Assembly: GCA_026025795.1 (NCBI GenBank)
Contig: JAPEUG010000011.1
Coordinates: forward strand, 62,001 to 99,471
DNA length: 37,471 nucleotides
Origin: Thelocarpon superellum
Lineage: Eukaryota
Direction of reading: 5' to 3'
Shown piece by piece: positions 24,428 to 36,882 of this stretch. Position 1 is the first letter of the stretch, and each line of letters opens with the position of its first letter. Below the pieces are notes generated by a model, which did no database searches, was not told the DNA's origin, and saw only the letters and a program-made list of their open reading frames with translations. The position numbers and the translations under genes are program-made.

Positions 24428-24775
24428 CTACATAAGCCGGGAGACGCCGTTGAGTGGTCACGTGAACAAGATTGCCTAGCTAAGGATGGGCTACTTATTG
24501 TTCCGGCCAGATGCCGGCTACCTGGAGACCTACACGCACTCGATAATAGGAACCCAGCCTGCAGTTGGTAACCCTGCTAGAATCTTCCGCCTCAGGGCCA
24601 CAATGCTTTTTATGATAAACGATGTATTATTTGACGCTGGAGGCTGAACCAGAGCTCTAGGCACATGCTCAACTGGGCAGCCCCAAGCAGAGCTTCCGAT
24701 AGTAGCAGCCGCAAGAGCAATCAGCGCGTTCCAAATAGCCGCGAACACAGTAGGGCGTTGGCCCCGGCCTCACAT
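24428..24775 (-). pseudogene. Possible mutationally decayed secreted-protein gene
   Basis: ATG at 24775 followed by TGA, then a signal-peptide-like stretch (VFAAIWNALIALAAATIGSSAWG). Six further in-frame TAG/TGA stops between 24532 and 24428. No family recognised. Confidence 0.3.
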
Positions 24776-24865
24776 CAACCACAGATTACCACGTCCAGAT
24801 AGATACTCGCATAACAAGATAATCACAAATTCACACCCCCAGCTGACCCAAAGTACAGACACAAC

Positions 24866-24889
24866 GATGATGATGATGATGATGATGAT
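24866..24889. repeat. (GAT)8 microsatellite
   Basis: Read directly. Confidence 0.95.
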
Positions 24890-25042
24890 AGAACTAATCA
24901 GAGCGGGGATTAGGTTCGTTCCTCCTGAGTGACAACCCCCTACTACCACATACCTACAATACAGTACAGGACGATGTAATCAACGTCGAAGCAGTATTCA
25001 AAGACGGGCTTCGCCGTGCTAGATTTAGCAGTTCCAGTATTA

Positions 25043-25150
25043 TCATCATCTTCATCCTCATCCTCATCCTCATCCTCATCCTCATCCTCATCCTCATCAT
25101 CCCCCTCCTCCTCCTCCTCCTCCTCCTCCTCCTCCTCATCATCATCATCA
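25043..25150. repeat. Compound microsatellite (TCA)/(TCATCC)n/(TCC)n/(TCA)n
   Basis: Read directly. Lies 135-240 bp beyond the THO2 stop codon. Confidence 0.95.
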
Positions 25151-25284
25151 CGAGTGTCAAGGAGCACGCTCGAGTATGAGGAGGAGCATCGTGGAGTATC
25201 AAGCGCATCCATCATGAAGCTAACAATACAAGAACACTAGTAGCACACGACTCTCCCCCCTCGACAATCATTTCCTGGCGATCG

Positions 25285-28200
25285 TCAAGGGCCACTCCGG
25301 CGCACCCGCTTCGCCCCCTCTCCCCTCTCGTTGTTCCCGCCCTCCCCGGCTCCCTTCCCACCTCGCTCCACGGCCCCCACACCCAACGACGGCTCATCTC
25401 CCTGTGACGGACCTCCACCGCCGCCCCCTCGCCCCCGCTTGCGCGTATTCATCCCCCCGTTGGTCGCGTGCGGGTTGGAAGAAGGGGGAAGGGAGCCGTG
25501 CGGATCGTAGTCTCGGGGATCTCGTCGACTGGGTGGAGGAGGGTGAGAGTGAGAGTGAGGATGGGCGTGGGGCAGGGAGAGGTCGTTGCCGTGATTGGCA
25601 TTGCTGCGGCGCTCCATCATCCCCAGGTGCCCGTGACCCAGATCACGCGGGTCCATGCGGCGGTCACGGTCGCGGTCGCGGTCGCGGTCTCGCTCCCGCT
25701 CTCGATCCCGATCCCGATCCCGGTCCCGATCCCGGTCGCGCTCCCGCTCTCTCATCTCATCCCGCCCGCCTCTTCGGCCCCCGTGGGGTTCTTCTCGCTC
25801 TCGATCTCGCTCGCGTTCCCGTTCCCGTTCTCGTATCGGGTTCGCTCCGCTCCGTCGATCGCGTCCGTCGCGCCCGTCGCGCCCCTCACGCTCGTCACGA
25901 TGCCCGCGATCTCGTTCGCGATCTGGCTCGCGCTCGCGCTCGCGTTCACGCTCTCGGTCTCGGTCTCGGTCTCGGTCCCGCGGACTATGAGATCGCGATG
26001 TCCGCGTCGCTCGGGTCGATCGGCGCCCTTCCTCGTGACCACGTCCGCTTCGGCTTGATGATCGTTCCTCCTCATATGGACCGGCGCCATTGCTTCGGCC
26101 ACCTAGCAAGTCGGGCCGTGCGGGAATGGCCGGTGCTGCACCCGGTTCCGCCAGTGTCGCTCCGCTAGATCGAGTGGCCCGTCCACGAATGCTGGTTCCA
26201 CGGTCGTCTCGACTCGGCACCGGTGGAGACCCTCCCTGTTGGAGCATGCCCTGGAGCCCAGCGAATCGTTTGTCGCCACGGTTGCGATCCGCGGTCGATG
26301 CCGGTCCCGTCGGTGCGTTTCTGGTCATCGCACCGGCCGGTCCTACCGGACTGGGTGGTTTGTGCTGGCTTGATCGAGGACCGGACGGAGGCGCCGTCGC
26401 CAGGCGAGGAAGCAAAGCCGCTTCTTGACTAGCTGCGTTTCGGTCATCGGGCGATTGTCGAATACCCTTCAATCGATCCGGATGGACTCCGCCCAGATCA
26501 CTTGCTTGGGATGGAGCGGCATTCGCGGACGCTGCGGCCGGCGCATTCGCCGATGACGGCGCGACCAAGGTCGCCCCCTGCCGTTGAGATGATCGGGTAG
26601 ATGATGGCCCCGTTGGCGGCGCCCGATCTGTCGCCGCGACTTCTTTAGCGGGTTCGTGCTCTAGGCGCGTATTTGGAGGAGACGCCGCCCCCCCGCCGCG
26701 GCCGCCCCGCGTGCTCCCACCAGTATTACGACGGGGGCCCGACGGGATGTCGGCGGATGGTCCGGGATTGAGGCGCCCATAGTTTGGATCATGTTGCGGA
26801 TGAGTAGGTCGAGCATGATTCAGTCGACCATGGTCCGGGTCCGTCGGGCGTGGCGGTAGTGAGCTTGAGTTGAACAGTTCGCGGGGTCGGTCACCGCGAG
26901 GGCCCGTCGGAGGGCGCGAGTCCTCGTGGCCGGGCCGCACGCCATGATCTCGATTGTCGCCAGCAGCCGCTCCAGATGTGGAACGGTCGTCCACTCGTCG
27001 CGGTGATGTCGGACGGGACGATCGATCTCGCCGCTCTCCCGGACCGTTGGCGTCGGCCGTGATCAACGCTGCTCGATCCGGATGTGCCGGGATGCCTGGC
27101 CGTGGCGGAGCCATGGGAGAGTCGCGCGCTGGAGGATCCAGCGATCGCACGCCATTGGGATTATCATGCGCTCGGTCACGCGCCGCTCGATCATTCCACT
27201 CGCCATTCCTCGGCATCGACCGAGCGTCTCGTGGAGCAAGACCATTCACCCGATCGTTGGGCCCCCGACGTTCATGCTCTCGTTCCTCGTTCCGCAGGGG
27301 CTCTCGCCGATCTCTCCCATCTCTCGCATCTCGCTCGGGACCCATCGGCCTCTCGGGCGTCTGTCGCTCCGGCCCACGACGAAGAGCGTCCGGTCCCGCG
27401 AGGCGCCGGTCGTGAGGATGATCCCGACCATGATCGGGAAAGCGTGCATCGCGAACGTCACGTGGGTCTTTTCGATCGCTGACTCGTCGATCGCCACTGC
27501 GGGCCGATGCGGGATAGCCTTCAGGTCGATTTGGAAGCGAATGCTGAGGTCGGATGTTCGTTGACGTCGCAGGGACTCGACCGACCTCGGCGCGTCCAGG
27601 TGGCTGTGACGCGGGTGGGTCTGGAACTGGCGTGCTTGCAGCAGGTGCCTTGGACTCCGCTTGAGAACTGAAGCCGGAGTCTCCGGCCGGCGTGGTGGCC
27701 ACCTCTGTCGTGCTCGTGGCGGTACTCGACGTTTCGGGGAATGCTGGACGGGCCGCTGTAGTCCCTGGGTTGGCCGGCGATGGATCGCTGGCGGGGGGTC
27801 CGGTTGATAGAACGGTCACGCCTTTGGTCTTGGCATCATTGATCTCGCCGTCTTCGGCGTCGGTTGGATCGGTTGGCGTAGTGTCCAGCGCACCATTCAC
27901 CCTGCGTGTCCATCAGATAGGTCCGGCGCTATCGTGAACGTGAGGTCGACTCACTTGGGAACTTGCGACGGCTGGAAGGCCGGGGCGGTGGCATTCAAGC
28001 CCTTGTTCGCCCCTGGGTCTGACTGCGGCGTGACCGACCGTGGTGCATTCGCGTTCGCGTCTCGGACCGCGGCCACGGTCTCGATCTCCAGGGCGTCAGC
28101 CGACCCGTCACGCTCGCACGGAAGACGACTCACCAGGTTGAAAGCTTGCGGCAACATCCACTGCTTCTCGCGCCGCTTCAGATTCCCCAAGACTGAGGTC

Positions 28201-31200
28201 GCGGCAATCTTCAGGTCCTCGCGTTTCTCCGACGCAATCAGCTCCGTCACGCTCGCGAGCTGGTCGCGGCCAGTCCAGTTGACGGCGGGAAAGTACTGCG
28301 CGATGCTCTTGAGCACGATGATGGCGTTGCGGATGTGCATGTACTCGCCGCCGGTGAGACAGCCCTTGAGCACGGCGTTGAGGTTCTTGTGCCACTTGTA
28401 CAGCAGCCGGCGGTAGTCCTCGTACTCCATGAAGCTCTCAGGTACCTGCGTGCGCGACAGTTTCTTGGCGAAGCCCAGCAGCTCCTTCTTGCCGCCGAAA
28501 GCCTCCTTCTCATACGCCGCTCGATCACCGTGCCAGCGCGTGAGATCCTTCAGAAGCTCATTCAAGAACCGTCCAAGATTCTCCGCCTCACGCGCCGTGC
28601 AGATGAAGATAATGTTCGACAGCCGGTGTTCGCGGAAGAAATGGTCGATGATGCCGACCGTTCGGAAATTGCTGGTGCCGGCCGCGTGAAGGGTCTTGAG
28701 CATCTTGAAACAGAAGAGGGCGTCCGGGGGAGAGAGCAAGAGACGAGGTAGGAAACAATGCTGGATGAGGGCCAGGTTCAGCGTGTCCCACTTGCCATAA
28801 AAGTCGGCAAACCATCGATCCTTCTCCTTGGACAGGCGCGTCTTGGTGCGGGAGAAGGCTTGGATGTGCGTCTTGAGCTCGTCGCGCAGGTGATCCTGCA
28901 TGTCCGTGAGTCGTTTCTTCTCCTTCTCCTTGGTTGCCGTGCCCGCCACGCTCAGATCCGACCGATCATCCTTGACGGTGATCCATCGATGCTTGAGGCG
29001 CGTCATGGCATCATCGTAGCTCTTGGTGTGGACCTGGACGTCGTAGAGCGAGAGTTGCCAGAAGGTGGCGTAGAAGGGAAGGCTCAGGTCGGCCCAAGTC
29101 TCCGGCGGTAGCGTCGGGCGCAGCTCGTCCATGACCACCCGGAGCACCGGATGCCAGGGTTCGTCGACGCGAGATTGCTCGGGCGATGCGGAGGCCTCAG
29201 CCTTCTCTCCGTTAGCCGCCGCTACACTTTCGCTCGTGGTGGCCGCCTCGTCGGGAGCGGCCGCGGGCGCTTCGGACGAGACGGTCACAGCAGTGGAGCC
29301 GAGCTCCTCGACCATCTGTACGTCGCCGTCGCCGTCAACGTCCACGGTCGGATGTGCGCCCTCGCGGTCGTGTCGCTCCATCTCCGCGACGATGCTGGGC
29401 CGACTGATCCAGAAGGCTACGCCGGGCTCCAGGCCATAGTCCAGGATGAGCTTGGCCACGCGCGGCACGATGGCGTCGAACTCGCGCACCGACAGATTGC
29501 TGCGGAGGAGATCCAGGTACTGGGCTAGGACGCGATAAATCTCGTCGTAGAGATTGCCCAGCAGCTTCAGGTGCGCGTCGGGCTCGGGGACGCCGAAGAC
29601 GCACGTCTGGAGCTCCTGGGCGATGGCGATCAAGAGCGGGCCGACCAGTTTGGGCTCGGTCAGGGACTTCATCAGACGCCTGGCTGTGGTGCGTGACTCG
29701 TGTCGCTTGTCGAGCAGTTGCAGCAGGGTCTGCTGCCGCAACAGCTCGCCCCCGGCCATGGCGAGCGTCTGGGCTTCGTTCAGGTTGGCGTCGGGCACGA
29801 TGCCGGCCATGGCGGTGATGATTTCTTTCAGCACGATGAGGTCGACGGAGTTGCTTCGCTTGAGCTGGTCCGTCACGTACTGCAGGATCGGGGTGGAGCT
29901 CATGGTGGACTGGTAGCGCTTGAAGACGCGGCCGGCGAAGAGCGAGAGCGCGCCCAGCCATTTGCTGGTGAGCATGCCGTCGGCCTGCACGCGATTGCGG
30001 CCCTTGCCTCCGAGAGAGCTCATGAGCGACCAGGTCAGGACGTCGTAGCCCAGATAGGTGAAGTACCGGGCACACTCGACCACGACCTCGACCAGATTGT
30101 CGTAAGCCTCGATCTGACTCAAGGCGACGGAGAAGACGATGCCGGGTGAGGCGTAGGCGACCTTGGCGAGGGCGCGGGCCATCATCTTCACGTTGGTCTT
30201 GCTGATGCGCTTCAGCACATCCTTGGTCTCGAGCCGCGCCTGTTCGAAGGCAGCCTTGACGTCGGGCAAGCGCGAAGTAGCGCCGCCGTACCACTCGGCG
30301 TAGATGGCGTAGCGCGTGCTGGTGCTGAAGTGCTTCAAAAGATCGTACACCTCGTTGACCACGCCGGGGCTGGTCTTGGTCAGACTCAGGGCAGGCACGA
30401 GGATGCGTTTGCAGAGGTCGATCCAGCGCGCGTGGTTGGCCGGGCTCGGGTCTTCCACCAGGCTCATCTTGCCGATGCGGGTCAGCTTGCAGATCAGGGC
30501 GGGGTCCCGACCGACCTTGACGCCGGAGTAGTTGAGCAAGCTGCCGCAGAGGGTGAAGACGTCGTCCACGTTGGCGCATCGTGGGATTTGATCGGACCAG
30601 TCATCCCAATAGAAGCGGTAGTCGGTCGGCTCACTCGCGTCCTCCTTGTCAGGCAACGCCCAGCGCAACACGCGGCGCCCCGGTGGTTGGACCACACGGA
30701 TGGTGCCCTTGAGCGCGCCGGCCGTATCCGACTCCGCGGTCCGGCTGGCCGACTGGAGGTCGGCTCGATCCTGGAGGACCCGCAGCGGTTGGTAGATGTC
30801 ACTGAGGCAGACGTGGAGGATGCGGTGGAGGTATTCGGGGATCTCGGGGAAGGCATCCGGCAGCCAGGGGAAGCGGCCGAGGATGAAGAGGGCCTCGGGG
30901 AGGGCGCCTATGCATAAGAGGCTCTTCAACAGCTGCACCTTCTGATCCGATGGCTCCGGCAGCTTCTCCTTCTCCTCAGCCTTGATGGGCTTGTCGACCG
31001 TGGCGTCAGCCTTGGTCGCTGGCGCGCCACGACTGCCATCCACCTCGCGTGCCCGACCCGCGGCCGGGTAGGTGTCATCCGTCAGCGCGCCAGCCATCAT
31101 CAAGGCATTGCTGGCGCCTCCACCCGGTCGGTTCAGCTTCTCGCGTGCCGCCTTCTCACGCAGCTTCTCTTCCTTGACGGCCTCCATCTCCTCATCGGCC

Positions 31201-32774
31201 GGAACCAGGTGGGGGTAGAGGTCACGTAACGAGATGAAGCCGATCTTGATCAGCAGGGCCGCTAGGTAGATGAGATTGACTGGGAGGACGTCGGAGGGGT
31301 CGCGGGCGGAGGACGCGTAAAACCGGAGCTTAAAGCCCAGCAGCTGGGCGGCAACGCGATTGCCTCGGGGCGGGAGGCAGCCCGTGGCACGGATCCATTC
31401 GAGATCGGCGGCATCGGCGGCATCGTGCTCGGCCGGGTCACCTTGCACCCGCTCGGCGTTCAGTTCGAAGAAGGCGACCGCACCAACGTCGCGGACGCGG
31501 TCCCAGAAGGCACGATCCCGTGTGGCACGGAGTTGGGCACGGGCATGCTGGGCCGCCTCGGTCTCCGGCCCGGCGTGCGGGTCGATGGTACCTGGCGCAG
31601 CCCAGGGCGGCAAGGTGCTCAGCGGGTGGGCAATCGTCTCGAGGCCATCGCACCGTCGCGGACGAGGCCACCAGGAGCTAGTGCGGAGCAGTTTGACAAA
31701 GAAGCGATACTGCTTGACCAAGACGGAGGCGAAGACGTCGAGGGTGACGTCGAGCACACGTCCCACGTCGAGGTCGAAGGCGCCGATGAGAGCCTTGACG
31801 CGTTCAAACGTCTCCTCGACCACATCGCTCGTCGGCGCTTCGTTCGCACTGGTGGTGAAGAGTTCGGTGATGAGCTTGGAATAGCCTTCGCTCTCCTCGC
31901 GCAGGAGGTTGTAGTTGGACTGGCGGTAGAGGAGATTGGTCGTCTTGCGGATGCTGACGCGCGAAAAGGTACTGCGGATCATACCCAGGGCGTGCAGGAG
32001 GGGGGCATCAAGATGCTGGCGGATGAGCACGGGGGAGAGGGTGGTGGCGAAGAGGAGGCTCTGAAGCCGGGGGGCGGCATACTTGGGCAGATCGTATTCA
32101 GTGAGGACGGTGATGCAGTCGAGGAATACCAGGCCGGGATTCCAGGGGGCATCTTCGGCGGAGGATGGCTCTGGGTGTTCTTGAGCTTCTCCGATGATCT
32201 CCTTGACCACGGCTCCGGCGTCGGCGGCTGGGATGCGGCCATACAGCGCGCCGCGGATGAGTTCTTGGAAGATGGTGTCCAAGACGACGGCATTCTCGTC
32301 CATGCGCGCCTGGATCCCGCGCTCGACCATCATCTTCCGACCGGACTCCTTCCACCATGAAGCATCGGCGTGGGTTAGGTACTCCCAGTAATAGGGAGGC
32401 GGTTCCGGTAGTGGTTCCTCTTGGGCGGCCCGCTCGTCACCTGCCGGCCTCTCTCCGGTCGGTGCCGTGGTCTGGCTCTGTGGCGGAGGTAGCATCATCT
32501 CTGTAGCGGACGGCGCCGCCGGCGTCGGGGCATTAGGGATGGATGGGGTGACGGGACTTCCAGGGTGTGAGCTGGCCGCACTTCGACCCCCACGACTTTG
32601 TCGTCGACCGCCGCCAGTCCCCGGGCCACTCCCACGGTTCCCGTGCTCAGAGTCGCGCGTGTGCTGAGCAAGGTTGGTATTACCGGGACGGAAGGGTGGA
32701 GGCCGGTTGGAGCCGTCGTTGGTTGAATCTTGGGAGTAGGTACGGTCCCCTCTCTTGCGCTTCCCGGGCGCCAT
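25285..32774 (-). CDS. THO2: THO complex subunit 2 (Tho2/Rlr1), ~2460 aa, 3 exons
   Basis: Start MAPGKRKR at 32774. Exons 32774-28134, 28085-27955 and 27901-25285 (the first intron is in frame and inferred). Motifs LYRQSNYNLLREESEGYSKL, LIGAFDLDVGRVLDV, AQLLGFK, LKRISKTNVK, QIEAYDNL, CTAREAENLGRFL and EYMHIRNAIIVL. Long R/D/E-rich disordered tail. Confidence 0.97.
25659..25980 (-). repeat. Coding hexamer repeats encoding RD/RE dipeptide tracts in the Tho2 tail
   Basis: CGCGGT, CCCGAT, CTCGGT and CTCGCG runs on the + strand translate on the - strand as RDRDRDRERERE. Confidence 0.9.
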
Positions 32775-33978
32775 GCGCGTGGGCACGATGAACGCCGGTG
32801 CGGCCGGTGGGACCGACGGTGCAGCGAGCAAGCGGCGCGGTGACGTTCAGACGTAGATCATGCCTTGCAACGGACCGGCGCGATAGCGGGAGATGTAGTC
32901 ATGCCTTGCGAGACGCGGTGGGTGGGCAGCCTACTGAGGCAGATGAAGGTGATGAGATGGAGGTCATGTCCGAAAGGTCGCAGTGTGGAGGAGATGTGAT
33001 GATGTGACGATGCTGACGACAGATGATTAAGGAACGGCGGTAGTTGGGAGAGTGCGGGGCAACGGCGTGACGCAGCAGCGTCGGAGGAAGGTTGTTGGTC
33101 GTTCCTCTCACGACTGTCACCGACCTTTCAATAGCTTTTTGTCTGCTGGCATCGCGGACCTCAGGCCAATCACGACGCTCTTGGCCATTGGGCGGCGGCG
33201 GTCGCTGTCGCCGGGTAAGCTGTGGTGACGCCTGTCCCGCCGTCTTCACCAACGACGAGATCTATCGAGCTCCGGCCAAGCGGCAATAAAAGGCGGACTC
33301 GACCGTCGACAGCACGGTTGTTGTTGGTGCACGCTAGCCAGTCGGACACGCAGCATCAACGGCCATCGTATGCCCGACTCTGTTCTCTGCCAAGGGTCCG
33401 TTAGCCCGTCCGGAGTGTCGAGTCCCGTGAATGTGCTCGGCAGACAAGACTACGACGCCCGAGTCGTATCCAGTAGTTCGCAGAGTAGACACACCAACGC
33501 TGACTACGCTACGAGATGCCTGTACAGCTCACGGGTTTAGACGACAATGAATATGAGTATTCGTACTTGCTCTACTCGTAGCCCAGACACGACGCCCCGA
33601 ACATCTCTCATGAGTGAACAAGGCACGCAAAACAGACACAGTCAAGTCGGTCAAGAAGCTACAATAGCCTCATGGAGAAGAAGAGACGCAACGTGGGAGG
33701 ATGTTGCCAGGCTGACTAAATATCCGTTCCCAACCCTTCGCTCTTCGATGAGTGACCATGGTCACGAGATCCGCTATCTCCACCTGAGACCGAACCGTCG
33801 CGGAGCTCTCCATGACCGGCGCCGTCCATGATGCGCAATCACGCGGAAAACAATCTTTTGGTCGCCGAGACATCGGCAGCGGTCGCTCGAGCGAACGAAG
33901 TGGGCGTTCGGTAATATGGACAACACGAAGAGTAGAAATCGAGAGAACGCCAGCGGAAATACCCAATCATGCCCTCAT

Positions 33979-35532
33979 CTATCGCACTTGCATCGTCTGC
34001 GGGCCGTGCGCCGAGGCCATCACACCAGACGGCGCCTTGCTGCGGTACCCGTTGAGCCCGAAGCGGCTGAGTTGGCGTTTGAGGCGGGTCATCTTATTGT
34101 CGCCGCCGGCGACGCCCTGGCTCGACCCGGACCGGGAGCCGGAGCCGTCGCTCGAGTGGATGGGATGCTCCAAGCGCCGTGATTCCGTTCGCTGCGTTCG
34201 CGACGCCGGCCGAGGCGGACGTCCGTTTGTCGCTGCGGGACCCGGCGCCGTGAACGCCGTACTGATGCCCAACTTCCGCTCCACCGCCTCTTGCAGCTCC
34301 CGCATGCGCTGGGATTCTTCCCGCTCCGACGTGGTCTGCCGGAGGAGTGACGGCTGTTCCGAAGAGTGCGACGTCATCACCCGGCTCCCGCCGGTCATGC
34401 TGCCCGGCCCCATCTTGACATCCGCCACGGATGTCGGCGCGTCGTACGTCGCCAGACTGGGCAGCGGTGGGAGCGCACGGTTGAGATCGACCTCGGGCGC
34501 GACAAAGGCATCGAGCTTCGGCTCGGCCGCGGCACGGAGTGACTGGCTGGAGCCCGGTCGGCGCAGGGAGCCACCGCGCCACCACGGCGTCGTCTGGCCC
34601 TCATTGGAAGTGTAGGAGCTCCGCAGCGAGTTGTTTGACGAGCGAGGGCGGATGTATTCGACGATGCTGCGGCCGCGGGACGCCGGGCGATCTTGCTCGG
34701 CGCGGCGTCGGGCCAGTTCCTCCGCCATCCAGGCTCGGGCTCGAGCGTCGGCTTGTGCCGTCGCCGTGGCCTTGGCCTCCGCGTCGGCCGCGTCGTGGTA
34801 CTCCGCCGGGGTGTGACTGTGCGAGGGCATGGTCGTGATTCCCGTCGACTTGGAGTGGCGCGCCGACGTCGCCCACGTGTTGGTGCTGGCCGTCGTGCTG
34901 GTGGATGAATCGAAGGTCGGAGCGGCCGTCTGGGGACGCTCGAGGCCGGCCGCGGGTCCTTGATCGAGCTGGCCGCACGAGGTACTCCGACTGCGGTTCA
35001 CGCTCTGCGAGCGCGACTTGGTCGTCTCGCGGAAGCTATTGGCCGCGTTCCGTGGCACGTATTTGAAGGTCGAGGCCGACGGGCCCGCGCTCGACACATC
35101 GCTCCCATCGATCCGGTCACCGTGCCGTGAGGACAGCCAGCGCTTCGGGGCCGAGCTCTCGGCCCGCTGCGACTGCGTCCGGCCCGGTTGGTTGCTGACG
35201 CGTCCCCAGGCCTCGCTCTGCTTCAACGCCGGCGGCCCCTCGCTCGTCGGATCGTGGGCTTCCAAGATGAAGAGACACGCGTGGCGTAGGTTGGCCTGCG
35301 TCTCCGGCGTGAGCGGTCGACGATCGATGTAGGGCGAGGGTGGGTTGAAGTCGAGCGAGGAGACGGACCCGGTCTCGGCCGGGTCCACCGGCCCCGCCGG
35401 GTCGACCGCGGTGGTCGTCAACTTCTGCTGCAGTGTCAGTGGTACGAATTGAGGCAACACGCGAGAGACGAGAGTTGTCAGCGGGGGATGGCTCACCAGA
35501 GTTCTGAAGTTGAATGAGAGCTTGCGTTTCAT
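33979..35532 (-). CDS. Hypothetical S/T/R-rich protein, ~494 aa if the intron at 35496-35428 is spliced
   Basis: Long ORF with GC3-rich codons. Start MKRKLSFNFRTL is followed by GTGAGC...ACTGAC...CAG. Short structured-looking patches NLRHACLFIL, ARAWMAEEL and VDLNRALPPLPSL. No domain recognised. Confidence 0.75.
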   Translation of the reverse strand: MKRKLSFNFRTLVSHPPLTTLVSRVLPQFVPLTLQQKLTTTAVDPAGPVDPAETGSVSSLDFNPPSPYIDRRPLTPETQANLRHACLFILEAHDPTSEGPPALKQSEAWGRVSNQPGRTQSQRAESSAPKRWLSSRHGDRIDGSDVSSAGPSASTFKYVPRNAANSFRETTKSRSQSVNRSRSTSCGQLDQGPAAGLERPQTAAPTFDSSTSTTASTNTWATSARHSKSTGITTMPSHSHTPAEYHDAADAEAKATATAQADARARAWMAEELARRRAEQDRPASRGRSIVEYIRPRSSNNSLRSSYTSNEGQTTPWWRGGSLRRPGSSQSLRAAAEPKLDAFVAPEVDLNRALPPLPSLATYDAPTSVADVKMGPGSMTGGSRVMTSHSSEQPSLLRQTTSEREESQRMRELQEAVERKLGISTAFTAPGPAATNGRPPRPASRTQRTESRRLEHPIHSSDGSGSRSGSSQGVAGGDNKMTRLKRQLSRFGLNGYRSKAPSGVMASAHGPQTMQVR

Positions 35533-36843
35533 GATCAAGATGGGTGGTGTTGGCCCACAGAAGCGCGTTGCTGGAAGTCGTGTGGCGTGAACGAAACAGT
35601 TGTCACAATGGGCTCAGGTTCCCGAAGTCGAAACACCTTCCAAGTGCAGCCGTGGCGGTATTCTCAACGGCCGGCCGCTTTCATGTCCTGGTTTGAGTCC
35701 TGGTCGGGGCCGTAGTCGTGGTCTGGTGCTGGCCGGGCAGTCACGGCGATGGGAAGAAGAAACGATGAACGACCGGGCGGCGGGATGCCTCCGTCTTCTA
35801 TTGAGGCACGGGGAGTACAAGTACAGGACGGGAGTGGTTCGGGCTGGACCGCGGTCGAGTGAGGCCGCTCCGGTGGGCCACACGGTGTCAGTGCCACTGG
35901 ACGCGGCGCAGCGCATGCAACTGGTCACGGAACCGGAACGGGCGCAGGACGGGCAACGCTTGGACCGGCGCGGTGGTGGGCGTACACTACGAGCGCGACC
36001 ACGGCGAGTACTCGTGCGACCAGCGGCCAGGTACCTCCCGCACGGCGCGAACGGCCAGTGAACGGCTACCGTCGACCTGCTTCTTGTTGAATGGCGTGTT
36101 TAGAGGGAAAAAAGTACCAACGGCCGCACGGTCGGAGGGAGGTAAGGCCCGATCATTGGCCCGTCCCACAACGGCCCCCGTCCGGGTGGGAGCCGAACAA
36201 GTCGCGCATCACGCCCGCGCCGACTCGCCGCCGCGCGGGCTAAGGCCCAGAGGGGCATGGCTGCACTGTCCCCACCGTAGCGGAATGGGGCATCGCTTGA
36301 TCAAGTGCCGAGCGTTGCACCAATCCCTTCGTCCGTCCTCGCCGCCTCCCTCCTTGGCACTTTGGAAGACCTGCACGCGGACCAGACCAGACGGCGGCGG
36401 ACCTCCCGCTACTGCGCGAGCGCAGCTGGACAGGAAGCCTCCCCCGACTCCCTCCCCCTAACCCCTGGTCAGACGTGGGGAAGGCCCACGGCGCGTCCGG
36501 TTTCGCTTCCCAATCGTTTCATAGCCCATCGACCATACAATCTCCTGCGTCATCTCGCTCTCCGCGCTACCCGGCGCCAGAGCGACCTCATCTCGATCGG
36601 TTTCAGACGCGACGTTGAAGTTGCGCCAATTAAATACTTCTGAGGGATGATGCATGATGAATCCGCTGGCCTGAATAGCCCTTGCGTATCGGAACGCGTC
36701 GGATCCGGAGAGACGGCACATTGGCGGGGAAGAGCAAAGAGCGACGAAGGCGCACACCGGAAGTCGCGACTCCACAAATGGCAGCTGCGTTAGCCAGCGT
36801 GGCGCGGATCGGATCCTCCTCCTCGAGTGGACGAGGTCGACGG

Positions 36844-36844
<1 letters not shown>

Positions 36845-36881
<37 letters not shown>
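36845..36881. repeat. Poly-G homopolymer, 37 nt
   Basis: Read directly. Confidence 0.95.

Positions 36882-36882
<1 letters not shown>

Noticed and set aside
25655..25990. + strand ORF of RSRSRS repeats resembling an SR protein
   Set aside because: It is the antisense shadow of the RD/RE repeats in the THO2 tail and has no RRM.
29335..32360. Long alternative-frame or antisense ORFs (414 aa, 311 aa and others) inside THO2
   Set aside because: Expected from high GC3 codon bias. No recognisable domains.
32775..32831. Upstream TTG-initiated extension of THO2 in the ORF track
   Set aside because: Non-ATG start. MAPGKRKR at 32774 is the more plausible N-terminus.
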